64,000 bases of DNA from Spirochaetia bacterium (GCA_965263295.1 OZ253665.1:1888001-1952000); one strand, 5' to 3'; positions 31,922-42,575 are shown, numbered from the stretch's first letter. Made by a program: numbers and translations. Notes: generated by a model not told the origin, from the sequence alone.

Positions 31922-34849
31922 TTAAGGCTTGGGAGCAACCGTCAGATTAATTGTCTTGGCTGGATTCGCAAGTGCGACACTGGCAGATTTTCCACCTGTA
32001 GCTGGAGTAACCGTCAGATTACCTTTATCAAAAGCAGTCTCAACTTTGCTTTTTTCATCCGTTTTAAGGTCCTTATAAGCCTGAAGCTCCTGAACTGCGG
32101 CCCAAATGGCATCTTTAGTAGAATCATTCTCAGCGGGCGGTGCTGTGCCAATAGGAAGCTCTAGCGATGACAAATTATCATCAATAAATTTACCTAAGTC
32201 AAAAGGCTTGCGAGCAACCGTCAGCTCAATTTTCTTGGCTGGAGTCTTAAGTGCAACACTGGCAGGATCTTGCCCTGAAGCTGGAGTAACCGTCAGATTA
32301 TCTGCGGCAAACGCGGAGACAATTAGGGCCTTTTTTTCTGTACTAAGCTTTTTATATTCAGACAAAGCCTTAACTGCGTCCAAAATGGCGTTTTTGGTAT
32401 TGGTATCATCTGCGATTTGTGCGCCACTAGCAAGCTCTAGCGTTGACAAATTATTATCAATAAATTTACTTACAAACTGCAAAATATCACTAGAGGGAAT
32501 TGATTCTGGCTTAAACCCTGTCAAAGTAATTTCTTTAGGCTCTCCATGATTTTTAATGGTGACTTTTAAAGTTCCCGCATCGTCATCAGCATCGCTAAAC
32601 TCAATGTCACTATCAGGCAAAGCGCTTAAACCATCAATAGCTTTAATGGCTGCTATAATTTCACTATGATCAACATCAGATGCCTTCTTAGTCGAGTCAA
32701 CAGTATAACCTGCTATTGAATCTGTGGACAAATCTTGCACTACGGCTGTCAATTTTTCTTCCGAAGGAGCTTCAGGCTCAGGCTCTGCCTTTGTAGTTTG
32801 GAACTTTGTCAAAGTAATTTCTTTAGGCTCTCCATGATTTTTAATGGTGACTTTTAAAGTTCCCGCATCGTCATCAGCATCGCTAAACTCAATGTCACTA
32901 TCAGGCAAAGCGCTTAAACCATCAATAGCTTTAATGGCTGCTATAATTTCACTATGATCAACATCAGATGCCTTCTTAGTCGAGTCAACAGTATAACCTG
33001 CTATTGAATCTGTGGACAAATCTTGCACTACGGCTGTCAATTTTTCTTCCGAAGGAGCTTCAGGCTCAGGCTCTGCCTTTGTAGTTTGGAACTTTGTCAA
33101 AGTAATTTCTTTAGGCTCTCCATGATTTTTAATGGTGACTTTTAAAGTTCCCGCATCGTCATCAGCATCGCTAAACTCAATGTCACTATCAGGCAAAGCG
33201 CTTAAACCATCAATAGCTTTAATGGCTGCTATAATTTCACTATGATCAACATCAGATGCCTTCTTAGTCGAGTCAACAGTATAACCTGCTATTGAATCTG
33301 TGGACAAATCTTGCACTACGGCTGTCAATTTTTCTTCCGAAGGAGCTTCAGGCTCAGGCTCTGCCTTTGTAGTTTGGAACTTTGTCAAAGTAATTTCTTT
33401 AGGCTCTCCATGATTTTTAATGGTGACTTTTAAAGTTCCCGCATCGTCATCAGCATCGCTAAACTCAATGTCACTATCAGGCAAAGCGCTTAAACCATCA
33501 ATAGCTTTAATGGCTGCTATAATTTCACTATGATCAACATCAGATGCCTTCTTAGTCGAGTCAACAGTATAACCTGCTATTGAATCTGTGGACAAATCTT
33601 GCACTACGGCTGTCAATTTTTCTTCCGAAGGAGCTTCAGGCTCAGGCTCTGCCTTTGTAGTTTGGAACTTTGTCAAAGTAATTTCTTTAGGCTCTCCATG
33701 ATTTTTAATGGTGACTGTTAAAGTACCCGCCGTGTCATCGAAATTCAAATCAATATCATCATCAAGCAAATACTTTAAATCACCAAGAGCTTTAATGTCA
33801 TTTTTATCTACCGTACTTGGGAGCTTTTTCTTGTCAAGTTCCTTAAAATTCTCTAAATCCGATAAAAATGTATCATAATAGTCAGTTATTTGAACGTTGC
33901 CGTCTACTTTTAGCTTCAGCTTTAAAACAAAAGATTTTTCTGGTTTTACATCGTGCCCCGCATGAGAGAATGGGCAGTCGTGCTTCTGCTTTTCAACTTT
34001 TGCACCTTCTGCACCAAAAGATTTTCTGCCGTAAGTTTTAATGAAGCTTAACTTTCGCCTCCTAGTAAATTCCGATGACGATTCTTCCGTATTTTCCCAA
34101 AAAGCTCCTTTTTTAGTATAAGGGAATTTACCTACTAGGTTCTTCGATATGTCTAGTGTAGTAAGATTATTATTAGAGCAGTCCAGGTATGCCAGACGTC
34201 TAAAATATTGAATGCCTTCCAGCGATTTTATCTTCCTATCTGACACATCTATTTTTAATAAATTACGCACGTCGAATGTAAATGTGTTCATCTCATGCTT
34301 GTCATTAAATGTATCAGCCGGTAAGACCTCATTTTCAGTTAAATATTTATATAATTCCTCGGAAATTTTGACATAGTTTGTCAAGGGTAGTTCAAAAGAA
34401 TAATCCATAGTCAGTGTAAAAGTCTTTGGTTTCGCCCAGTCATACCCGGTCAAGGTCCTCATGTCGTGAGCGGAAATTGGGATTTCAATTTTTTGGGGTC
34501 GGGGGCCTGAGTCCTCAAAATTATAAACTGACTTTAAAATCTTCTTAAATTGTTCCTTACAAATTTCCTTATCATCAGGTGATAAAGACTTACCAGCTGG
34601 CGCTTTTTGAGCTTCCGCTTGAGCTTCCGCAAAAAATTTGTCTACAATCTTATCTATGTCAATATCGTGATCGCCAAAATGAATTGTTAAAGACTCTGGC
34701 ACACTCTCCATGAAAGTCGACCGGGCAGTCGGCTTAGGATCGTCAAAATCTTCGACCTGGCAAGAGAATATTAGCCCGGCCAGAAGAATTGATATATATA
34801 TATATATATATATATCAGTATTTAGAAAAAATTTTCTTGATAGTTTCAT
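31922..34849 (-). CDS. Large modular surface lipoprotein: LRR-like segment, four 96-aa repeats, two C-terminal domains shared with 16481..18562
   Basis: Signal ...ILLAGLIFSC; SLEGIQYFRRLAYLDCSNNNLTTLDISKN; GAGG RBS before ATG 34849. Confidence 0.85.
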   Translation of the reverse strand: MKLSRKFFLNTDIYIYIYISILLAGLIFSCQVEDFDDPKPTARSTFMESVPESLTIHFGDHDIDIDKIVDKFFAEAQAEAQKAPAGKSLSPDDKEICKEQFKKILKSVYNFEDSGPRPQKIEIPISAHDMRTLTGYDWAKPKTFTLTMDYSFELPLTNYVKISEELYKYLTENEVLPADTFNDKHEMNTFTFDVRNLLKIDVSDRKIKSLEGIQYFRRLAYLDCSNNNLTTLDISKNLVGKFPYTKKGAFWENTEESSSEFTRRRKLSFIKTYGRKSFGAEGAKVEKQKHDCPFSHAGHDVKPEKSFVLKLKLKVDGNVQITDYYDTFLSDLENFKELDKKKLPSTVDKNDIKALGDLKYLLDDDIDLNFDDTAGTLTVTIKNHGEPKEITLTKFQTTKAEPEPEAPSEEKLTAVVQDLSTDSIAGYTVDSTKKASDVDHSEIIAAIKAIDGLSALPDSDIEFSDADDDAGTLKVTIKNHGEPKEITLTKFQTTKAEPEPEAPSEEKLTAVVQDLSTDSIAGYTVDSTKKASDVDHSEIIAAIKAIDGLSALPDSDIEFSDADDDAGTLKVTIKNHGEPKEITLTKFQTTKAEPEPEAPSEEKLTAVVQDLSTDSIAGYTVDSTKKASDVDHSEIIAAIKAIDGLSALPDSDIEFSDADDDAGTLKVTIKNHGEPKEITLTKFQTTKAEPEPEAPSEEKLTAVVQDLSTDSIAGYTVDSTKKASDVDHSEIIAAIKAIDGLSALPDSDIEFSDADDDAGTLKVTIKNHGEPKEITLTGFKPESIPSSDILQFVSKFIDNNLSTLELASGAQIADDTNTKNAILDAVKALSEYKKLSTEKKALIVSAFAADNLTVTPASGQDPASVALKTPAKKIELTVARKPFDLGKFIDDNLSSLELPIGTAPPAENDSTKDAIWAAVQELQAYKDLKTDEKSKVETAFDKGNLTVTPATGGKSASVALANPAKTINLTVAPKP
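32520..33715 (-). repeat. 4 x 288-bp identical intragenic repeats
   Basis: Marker GTAATTTCTTTAGG at 32526, 32814, 33102, 33390, 33678. Confidence 0.92.
34792..34815. repeat. (AT)12 tract inside the signal-peptide coding region
   Basis: Encodes ..DIYIYIYIS..; currently in frame. Confidence 0.9.
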
Positions 34850-35174
34850 TGTGAAATTCCTCAAAATTAAATTAAAAAATTAATTACTTAAACGTAACAG
34901 CCTAAACGACTTCGGGCTGATTCCCAGAGTCGTTCCTAGGTGTAAAAAAAATTGCCGCTGTGGCAAACAGGTTCCCAAAATGTATTTTTAACCAATAATA
35001 ACCTCCTTGTGTCATCGCGTCAGATCGCTGCACAAAAATCTATGATACACATACAATAATTCTATTCGGTGATAAAATCAATCATCTTGAGATAAAAATG
35101 ATTAATTTTATTAGGATAATTGACTCTCTGCCCTCTATGTTGTAACTTAGTAATTACATCTCAGGAGGAGCACA

Positions 35175-35423
35175 ATGAGAGCAACACTGACCAAAATAGG
35201 CAATTCCAAGGGCGTCATCATTCCGGCCCAGTTTTTGAAAGAGTGCCAGTTTGATGGCGCGGTTTTAATCGACGTACGTAACAATACCATCGTGATTTCC
35301 AAACCCGATCAGCCACGTAGCGGTTGGAGCGAGGCGTTTGCCAAAACTTCTATGAACGAGGGTGCATTGCTATTTGATGATACGTTAGCCAACGATTTTG
35401 ATGACACTGAGTGGTCGTGGTGA
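35175..35423 (+). CDS. mazE: AbrB/MazE-family antitoxin
   Basis: KIGNSKGVIIP motif, PRSGWSEAF and EWSW tail; AGGAGG RBS. Confidence 0.88.
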   Translation: MRATLTKIGNSKGVIIPAQFLKECQFDGAVLIDVRNNTIVISKPDQPRSGWSEAFAKTSMNEGALLFDDTLANDFDDTEWSW

Positions 35424-35737
35424 ACCGCTTTGATGTTTATCTGGTTTCGCTTGATCCGACCAAAGGTTCAGAAATCAAAAAGTCTCGTCCCTGTGTCGTC
35501 ATTTCCCCTGACGAGGTGAATCAGGTGCTCAACACGGTGATCATCGCGCCGATGACTTCCACCATTCGGCATTACCCGACGCGTGTGCAGGTCACCTTTA
35601 AAAACAAAAAGGGCGAGATTGCGCTTGATCAAATTCGCACCGTTGACAAACAACGGCTCTATAAAAAGCTTGGCAACATACACCCCAACTCAGCCTCAAA
35701 GGTTGCTAACCTCTTGACCGAGATGTTCAGCTTCTAA
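35417..35737 (+). CDS. mazF: PemK/MazF-family toxin
   Basis: LDPTKGSEIKKSRPCVVIS, DQIRTVDKQRL; overlaps the antitoxin stop. Confidence 0.9.
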   Translation: MVNRFDVYLVSLDPTKGSEIKKSRPCVVISPDEVNQVLNTVIIAPMTSTIRHYPTRVQVTFKNKKGEIALDQIRTVDKQRLYKKLGNIHPNSASKVANLLTEMFSF

Positions 35738-35794
35738 AGTTGCAAAGCTCACTTCTTGATCGGCGTGATAGGTGTTTTGGCCAGTCATCTCCTG

Positions 35795-36190
35795 CTACCC
35801 GCGGCTCCCCCGTCTAAATTTCGTGCCCTTTCGTAGACTTTCGTGTAATTTCGTGGTTACTCTTTCGTGGTCCCCCCCAAGTAACCACGAAAAACACAAA
35901 AAAAATACGAACAACACGAAAAATTCTAAAACACCGCCCCTGCTGCCTGGACGCCCTTCTTGGCTGCCGTCCCCTTATTTTAACCGTTTTCCTGCCCTCC
36001 ACAGCTCCCGTTGTCCATCCAGCCCCTATTTTAACTTTTCCCTGTCACCCACAGCTCCCCATCGTTCCACCCACGGCCCCCCTACCTAAATTTCGTGCCT
36101 TTTCGTAGATTTTCGTGCCTTTTCGTGGTTGCTATTTCGTGACATTTCGCCGTCTTCGTGCCTTTTCGTGGTCCCCCTTTCGTGGTCCCC
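35795..36190 (+). repeat. Inverted-arm elements (B-A...B)
   Basis: A arm at 35882. Confidence 0.88.
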
Positions 36191-36301
36191 TGTGGAAATA
36201 TTCATGGCAAACATTTTTTATCAAAAATTCTATGGGTATATGGATATTTTTATAAAAAAAGGTATATAATTAATTTATATTTTTATGACAAGGATCATTT
36301 C

Positions 36302-37600
36302 ATGAAAAGATATTTCATTATTCTGTTGTCTGCCTCTGTGGCAATTCTGTTCCTGGCTGCTTGCAGCAAGGCAAATCAGGACAGTGGTACCGTAAGCTTA
36401 AAAGCTTACTTCCAAGGAGATCCGGCGAATCCTCAATCTAGGGGGACTAATGCGGCCATTGAAGCTTTTCTCAGTGCAAATCCACAGACAAAGCTGGATA
36501 TTGAATATGGCAGTGGCGAAGCATTCCATCAGAAATTTCAGGCGATGGCCGTTTCAAATACTATGCCGGACTTGTTCACAGTTTATATTGGCAAGCGCAG
36601 TGCTTATATTACCGAGACGGAAAAAGTCTTAGATCTGCGCCCATACCTTAGCGATGATTTCAAGCGTGGCTTCACGGAGGAAATCTGGCAAGCCCAGGGG
36701 AAAAATGGAGAGATTTATACAATTGCGCCTTCTTTAGCTGTAACGCACACCATGTTTGCCAACAAAGATCTTTTAGACGAATTGGATCTGCGTTTTCCCG
36801 CGACGTACGACGAGCTTCTGCAGCAGATTGAGACCATACGGCAGGCGGGATATTATCCCATTTCACTTGGAAATAAAGATCAATGGCCAGTTAATTCATG
36901 GTTGCTAAGTGTTTTAGTAGATCGAATCGGCGGGAAGGAATGGTTTGCCAAGGCAATGGACGGAACGGCGTCTTTTGAGGATCCGCCCTTTCTTCACGCC
37001 CTAGAAATTATTAATGAGATGGCACAGAAAAAGGCCTTTTCGCCCGGAATAAACCAAATGTCGAACAGTGAAGCCGACCAAGAATTCTACCAAAAGAAAT
37101 CCGTCTACTTAATTGATGCGGCATGGCGGGTTTCCGGGATGGTCAACTCCTTGAGTGCCGAAGACCAGGACCAGGTATCCTTGGGCGTATTTCCCGCTTT
37201 GGAAAACGAGGTTCACCCCGGCTCAAGCACGGCAGTGCCCTCTGAAGGTTATGGAATCAGTGCCAGCTTGAAAGGAACAGAGCGGGCAGATGCCGCCTGG
37301 GAATTTATTGCATTTTTTAATGGCAGGCCCGGCGCAGAGCTGCGGCTCCAGCACGGGGAGATCCCAACGTATTTAATAAATGCGGATGAAGCGGATATCC
37401 CGGAACTTCAGAAGCGTCTGGCCCATTTTATCGCCAATACGGAATACGGTTATGTCATTGATGCCAAAATGGATCCTGCTGGCATGACAAACTTTAATCG
37501 CAATTTGCAATCTATGCTTTTCGGAAATATTAGTGCCAGGGAAGTGGCCCAACAATATGAGGCGTGGGTGAGCGCAAATGATTCGAATCGAGGCAATTGA
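36302..37600 (+). CDS. Carbohydrate ABC transporter substrate-binding lipoprotein
   Basis: LFLAAC lipobox; MPDLF, P.TYDELL motifs. Confidence 0.88.
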   Translation: MKRYFIILLSASVAILFLAACSKANQDSGTVSLKAYFQGDPANPQSRGTNAAIEAFLSANPQTKLDIEYGSGEAFHQKFQAMAVSNTMPDLFTVYIGKRSAYITETEKVLDLRPYLSDDFKRGFTEEIWQAQGKNGEIYTIAPSLAVTHTMFANKDLLDELDLRFPATYDELLQQIETIRQAGYYPISLGNKDQWPVNSWLLSVLVDRIGGKEWFAKAMDGTASFEDPPFLHALEIINEMAQKKAFSPGINQMSNSEADQEFYQKKSVYLIDAAWRVSGMVNSLSAEDQDQVSLGVFPALENEVHPGSSTAVPSEGYGISASLKGTERADAAWEFIAFFNGRPGAELRLQHGEIPTYLINADEADIPELQKRLAHFIANTEYGYVIDAKMDPAGMTNFNRNLQSMLFGNISAREVAQQYEAWVSANDSNRGN

Positions 37601-37705
37601 GAGTCATTTATTCTCCCACTTTAATTCTCCTTGTATTCTCCCCTTTTGGCAAAACAATTTAAGTGCTTACATTTTCCTACGACAAACTGCCTATAGATTA
37701 AAGAT

Positions 37706-38593
37706 ATGTATTCACACCGCGAAAAGATCACAAGTTACTACGTATTAATAGGCGTTCCCTTATTGATATACAGCTTTTTTGTCTTATTTCCAATAATTGT
37801 GAGTTTTATTTTAGGATTCTCAACATGGAGGTACCACCAGTTTCAGTCCTTTGCCGGGCTGACAAATTATTTAAAGATTGTGCAAGATCCCCAATTCTAT
37901 TGGGCGCTCTGGCACAATCTGCAAATTGCGCTGGTTTCGGTCTTCGGCCAGATTCCCCTGGCCCTCTTCCTGGCTTATAGTATTCACCGCAAAATGATCA
38001 AAGGTGGTAATTTCTTTGTCGTAATGATCTTTTTGCCCATCACCATTTCTTCCGTGGTTGTCGCACTGTTGTGGAATCGGGTTTTTTCTCCGGTCGGGAT
38101 TTTTACCGATCTCGTTCGTTCAGTCAGCAGTAATCCCGACTACGTTGTCAGGATATCCGAAAACAAGCAACTGGCTATGATACCGGTTTTATTTGTCATC
38201 CTGTGGATGCATACCAGTCTCTACTTGGTCATTTTCATTGCCAACCTTCAGAGGATACCAAATTCTTTTTTTGAGGCCGCAGTAATGGACGGCGCAACCG
38301 AACCATATATTTTTCGCAAAATTGTGGTGCCGATTTTTGCTAATACCTTATTTACCTGCTCGATATTAGCCATTGCCGGCAGCTTAAAAAGTTTTGATCT
38401 GATATTTGCCATGACAGGGGGGGGGCCGGTAGACTACACGAGTGTCCTGGCTACGTATATGTATGACAAATCCTTTACTGGTGGCGATCTAGGCCTGGGC
38501 AGCGCAATCTCGACAGTTTCGGCGCTTTTGAGCATCTTCATTATACTGGGATTACGCCATGTCTATCAGGCTTTTGCGAGAAAATACGGATAA
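37706..38593 (+). CDS. Carbohydrate ABC transporter permease
   Basis: EAAVMDGA loop, FDLIFAMTGGGP. Confidence 0.9.
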   Translation: MYSHREKITSYYVLIGVPLLIYSFFVLFPIIVSFILGFSTWRYHQFQSFAGLTNYLKIVQDPQFYWALWHNLQIALVSVFGQIPLALFLAYSIHRKMIKGGNFFVVMIFLPITISSVVVALLWNRVFSPVGIFTDLVRSVSSNPDYVVRISENKQLAMIPVLFVILWMHTSLYLVIFIANLQRIPNSFFEAAVMDGATEPYIFRKIVVPIFANTLFTCSILAIAGSLKSFDLIFAMTGGGPVDYTSVLATYMYDKSFTGGDLGLGSAISTVSALLSIFIILGLRHVYQAFARKYG

Positions 38594-38600
38594 AACTGGG

Positions 38601-39440
38601 ATGAAAAAGACTGATATCGCCACTTCATTCTGGATATACTCAGCATATATTATTTCAATATGCTTTGTCGTTATAACTGTCTTTCCCATCGCCTGGATGG
38701 TAATATCCTCTTTCAAGACGCAGTCGGAGATAATGCTCGCGCCGCTATCTCCACCCAAAAATCCTACATTCCAAAATTATTCTGCTGCTTGGGGGCTTGG
38801 AGATATGGGAAGGAAATTTTTTAACAGTATAATTTATACCGTATTTTCCACCATATTTACCGTAATATTTTCTCTATCGTCGGGCTTCGCACTGGCAAAA
38901 TTCCCCTACCGCAGTCGAAAGATATACTACGGCATGTTCACAACAGGGCTTTTAATAACAGTAAACTCCGTTGTCATTCCGTTGTTCATTATGGAAAATG
39001 CTCTAGGCTTATACAATCATTACTTGGGTGTCATTTTACCATACATAGCATTCGCGCTCCCTACATCTGTACTGATTGCCACTTCTTACCTGCGGGCCCT
39101 GCCCGACACGATTATTGAAGCTGCACGCATTGACGGCGCGGATTATCTGCAGATTTTCTTATTTATTGTAATTCCCATGTGCGTCCCCGTCATTACAACG
39201 ATAGCCATTTTATCATTCCTTCAGGACTGGAATGAATTCCTGCTGGCATTCATACTCACTACGGGAGAGTCTTTAAAAAGTCTGCCTGTGGCAGTAAATT
39301 CATTTGCCGGCAGATTAGTTGTCAATTATGGACTACAGCTTGCCGCACTGACCTTGGCGACATTGCCGATGATCATATTTTATTTATTCTTCAATAAATA
39401 TTTGATTGCGAGCTTTGCCCAAGGTGGAATAAAGGAATAG
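38601..39440 (+). CDS. Carbohydrate ABC transporter permease
   Basis: EAARIDGA loop, WNEFLLA. Confidence 0.9.
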   Translation: MKKTDIATSFWIYSAYIISICFVVITVFPIAWMVISSFKTQSEIMLAPLSPPKNPTFQNYSAAWGLGDMGRKFFNSIIYTVFSTIFTVIFSLSSGFALAKFPYRSRKIYYGMFTTGLLITVNSVVIPLFIMENALGLYNHYLGVILPYIAFALPTSVLIATSYLRALPDTIIEAARIDGADYLQIFLFIVIPMCVPVITTIAILSFLQDWNEFLLAFILTTGESLKSLPVAVNSFAGRLVVNYGLQLAALTLATLPMIIFYLFFNKYLIASFAQGGIKE

Positions 39441-39447
39441 AAACCTC

Positions 39448-40929
39448 ATGAGGATAGCCATTGCCGGACTTGGCACCGAAACCAATACCTTTAACCGTTT
39501 TAGCATTGGGCGCGAAGAATTTTACGAGTATGCGGGCACGCAAATCCTCGATCTGTGGAACAAACAGAAGGCGCAGAGCTCAATCTGTGGCATCGTTGAC
39601 TTCTGCCAGCAAAATAATATCGAATTGGTGCCCTTGTATTACGCCAGAACTTTACCGGCGGGGCCGGTTCAACGAGACGCATACATCAGTATGCGCAAAG
39701 AAATCTGCTGCAGGCTGGCAAAGGAGATCCAGGCGCAACATATCGATGCAATTTGCCTTGCCATGCACGGCTCTATGCGCGTGGGACTTTTGGAGCATAA
39801 CTCTGGACAAGATTCTTATGGGCAAGGTGCTTACGACGATCCGGAAGCAGATTTAATGGCCCATATTCATGCCATCTGCCCCGAATTGCCCATCCACCTG
39901 GCCATGGACATGCACGCGACCATCAGTGACACAATGCTGTTTCACGCTGCGGCAATCAGCTTGTACAAGACCGCTCCCCATGTAGATATGCTGGAAATTG
40001 GCCGGCTGTGTGCTTCCATTGCCCAACAGAGTTACCAAAGTGCGAGGCGGACCTGCATCGCTGCGGTTCGCGTTCCCCTAATTCTCTCTGGTGAACTCTC
40101 TATGACTACGCAGCAGCCGATGCAAGGGCTCGTCGAGTATTTGCGCCATCTAGAAAATTCGCCCGAAGTGCTCTCGGCCTCTCTTGCCCTCGGATTTCCC
40201 TGGGCAGATTCTCCATATTTGGGTGCCACGGCGCTGGTGACAGCCTATGAAGAAGATCTGCTGCCAGCCCAAAAGAAATGCGGCATCTTGGCACAAAAGC
40301 TCTGGCAGCAGAGGCAGAATTTCCGCTTTGGTATGGCGATTGCCAGTGAAGCGGAAGCCATCGCGCTGATCCGTGCGAACCAAGACCCCAAACCTCTACT
40401 GCTCTCTGACGTCGGCGACAATGCGACGGCGGGAGCCTCGGAAGATACCGTGGATTTTCTGGCCAAACTGATTGCGGCAGAACTGCCCCCCTGTTTTTTT
40501 GCGCTGATTTACGACTCCGCCTCCTATGAGACAATTACACAAGCTGGCGTGGGTGGCCGTGTAGATCTAGAATTGGGGCGCTTCTTTGCGCAGCATAATG
40601 GCTTGAAACTGACGGCGAGGGTGCTGCGTTTCTTTACATACCGAGCTCGCAATGCCGCAATTGTGCGCGTTGGCCATTTCGATATCGCGGTTGGCCAACA
40701 GCGCATGCCCGTTGCCGACATCAGCATTCTGGACGCCGCCGGCATTGAGTATTCAAATTATCGCGCACTCATCATAAAATGTGGCTATCACGGCGAAGAC
40801 TTGCGTGCCATTGCTTCGCAAAATATTTTAGTTCTGAGTCGGGGAGATACCGACCCCATTCTGGAGCGCCTGCCCTACCAGCGGGTTCCCCGGCCGATGT
40901 ACCCCTTGGACAAAGATATGGTCTGGTAG
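39448..40929 (+). CDS. MlrC/M81-family metallopeptidase
   Basis: ETNTF, MHGSM, DMHA, YKTAPHVD, DVGDNATAGA. Confidence 0.85.
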   Translation: MRIAIAGLGTETNTFNRFSIGREEFYEYAGTQILDLWNKQKAQSSICGIVDFCQQNNIELVPLYYARTLPAGPVQRDAYISMRKEICCRLAKEIQAQHIDAICLAMHGSMRVGLLEHNSGQDSYGQGAYDDPEADLMAHIHAICPELPIHLAMDMHATISDTMLFHAAAISLYKTAPHVDMLEIGRLCASIAQQSYQSARRTCIAAVRVPLILSGELSMTTQQPMQGLVEYLRHLENSPEVLSASLALGFPWADSPYLGATALVTAYEEDLLPAQKKCGILAQKLWQQRQNFRFGMAIASEAEAIALIRANQDPKPLLLSDVGDNATAGASEDTVDFLAKLIAAELPPCFFALIYDSASYETITQAGVGGRVDLELGRFFAQHNGLKLTARVLRFFTYRARNAAIVRVGHFDIAVGQQRMPVADISILDAAGIEYSNYRALIIKCGYHGEDLRAIASQNILVLSRGDTDPILERLPYQRVPRPMYPLDKDMVW

Positions 40930-41179
40930 ATATTGAGGTACAAAAAAGAATTATCAACTTTCCTTTTTTTCTTCCCAAGAATCACAGGCTTCATCTGAAC
41001 AAAATTTGTTCCCAGCCCAAAAGAAACGCGGCATCTTGGCAACAAAGCTCGGCAGCAAAGGCATGATTTCTGCCGGTCCGTGAGCTGCTGTCTCGCGGAC
41101 CGCCGTCTTTTTAGTTTTTAATTCCTTGTTTCAGTCTGTGAGCGCCTCGGCCCGACCCTTGCTGAATGTAACCCTTATA

Positions 41180-41557
41180 TCAAAGGCTAATCACATAATC
41201 CGGAGGATTGGGCGCGAGTGCTTTATACAATTGCGGGAAACAGCCAGCCTGAACACCCTCGACAGTGCCCTTGGCGGTCACTTCACCTTTGCCGCATTGT
41301 TCAAATTCTCCTTCAGCCATATTACGGCGCACGGCACACTGATCACACATCATCAGAAGGATGTTCTGTTGCTTTGCCAATGTGGCGAGTCGCTCACCGA
41401 CAGGATCGCCCTGACGCAGGCAAAATATATTATCATCAAAGAAAAACATGCCAACAACTTCGGCACCATGCCGATTTTCCTCAAGCTGTGGTAATATCAT
41501 TGTCGCAAGTTTAAATGTCGCAGACATGTTGTTTGTAAAGACATAGGCTACTTTCAT
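41180..41557 (-). CDS. DsrE-related (SaoD-like) sulfur-relay protein
   Basis: GMFFFDDN, CDQCAVRR, GCFPQLY. Confidence 0.7.
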   Translation of the reverse strand: MKVAYVFTNNMSATFKLATMILPQLEENRHGAEVVGMFFFDDNIFCLRQGDPVGERLATLAKQQNILLMMCDQCAVRRNMAEGEFEQCGKGEVTAKGTVEGVQAGCFPQLYKALAPNPPDYVISL

Positions 41558-41723
41558 CTTACTTCTCCTAAAAGTCTCGTGGACAGCTAGATAAAATTAT
41601 CAGTGCTTAATAAAACTCAATGTGCGATCTTTGTCAAGGTAATAATTGGTGGATTTAAGTTTTTTTTAATACAGATACCTAAAAAATGTATACTTATGAA
41701 ATCGTTGAGCCTTTCCCCTTTAA

Positions 41724-41962
41724 TAGTCCCTGGCCAAGTAACCACGAAGAACACAAAAAAAATACGAACGACACGAAAAATTCTAAAATACCGCGCCTCC
41801 CTCCTGAACGCCTCCCGCAGCTCCCGTCATCCTTCCGTCCCCCCTTTTCTGCTTTCCCCTGGCGCCCACAGCTCCCCGTCGTGCCACCCATGGGCTTACC
41901 TGTCTAGATTTCGTGACTTTTCGCAACCTTTCGTGTTTTTCGTGGTTCCCTTTTCGTGGTCC
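41724..41962 (+). repeat. Inverted-arm element A...B
   Basis: AGTCCCTGGCCAAGTAACCACGAA ... TTTCGTGGTCC. Confidence 0.88.
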
Positions 41963-42301
41963 CTAACTGGCAAAAAACTGATTTATGGCCACAACGGCAG
42001 CGATAGTCACGCCACTACAACTGATCATGGCCGTCAGCGACCATCTCATAAAACTATTTATTTGCGCTTGCACCGACTCAAAACGCTTATCCACCTGTTC
42101 AAAGCGATTATTCATATCCTTTCTAAGCGTCAATATTTCACCTCGCAGATCCTGTTCAAGATGTGTTATGTGGTTTGTCTGTGCTTTAAGCACCAAAACA
42201 ATGATCTCTTCGCTCTTTAGAGCCTCATTATTGGTTACTTTTTGCATGGCTTTTTTGGCATTTTCGTCCAGCCATTGTTCAAAACTCGAATTGTCAAACA
42301 T
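41963..42301 (-). CDS. Dispersed, diverged ninth coiled-coil cassette protein (112 aa)
   Basis: Nearly identical N-terminus, one QVDKRFE heptad, different last residues. Confidence 0.8.
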   Translation of the reverse strand: MFDNSSFEQWLDENAKKAMQKVTNNEALKSEEIIVLVLKAQTNHITHLEQDLRGEILTLRKDMNNRFEQVDKRFESVQAQINSFMRWSLTAMISCSGVTIAAVVAINQFFAS

Positions 42302-42370
42302 GAAAAAATACCTCCAGCCCGATTCTAAACATACCCAACATATTTTACAAGCCATATTTTGGTTCCCTCA

Positions 42371-42575
42371 GAGTCTCTGGCCAAGTAACCACGAAATACA
42401 CAAAAAAAAATACGAACAACACGAAAAATTCTAAAACGCCGCGCCTGCTGCCTCCCTGGCGCCCAAAGCTCCCCCGTTTAGATTTCGTGCCCTTTCGCTG
42501 TCTTCGTGCTCTTTCGTGGTTCCCTTTCAACGTTCCCCTGTCACCCACAGCTCCCCCGTCTACATTTTGTGCCTT
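42371..42575 (+). repeat. Inverted-arm element A...B
   Basis: A arm at ~42386. Confidence 0.85.

Noticed and set aside
35175..35737. mazEF as part of the novel repeat system
   Set aside because: Ordinary type II toxin-antitoxin pair; an element lies on one side only
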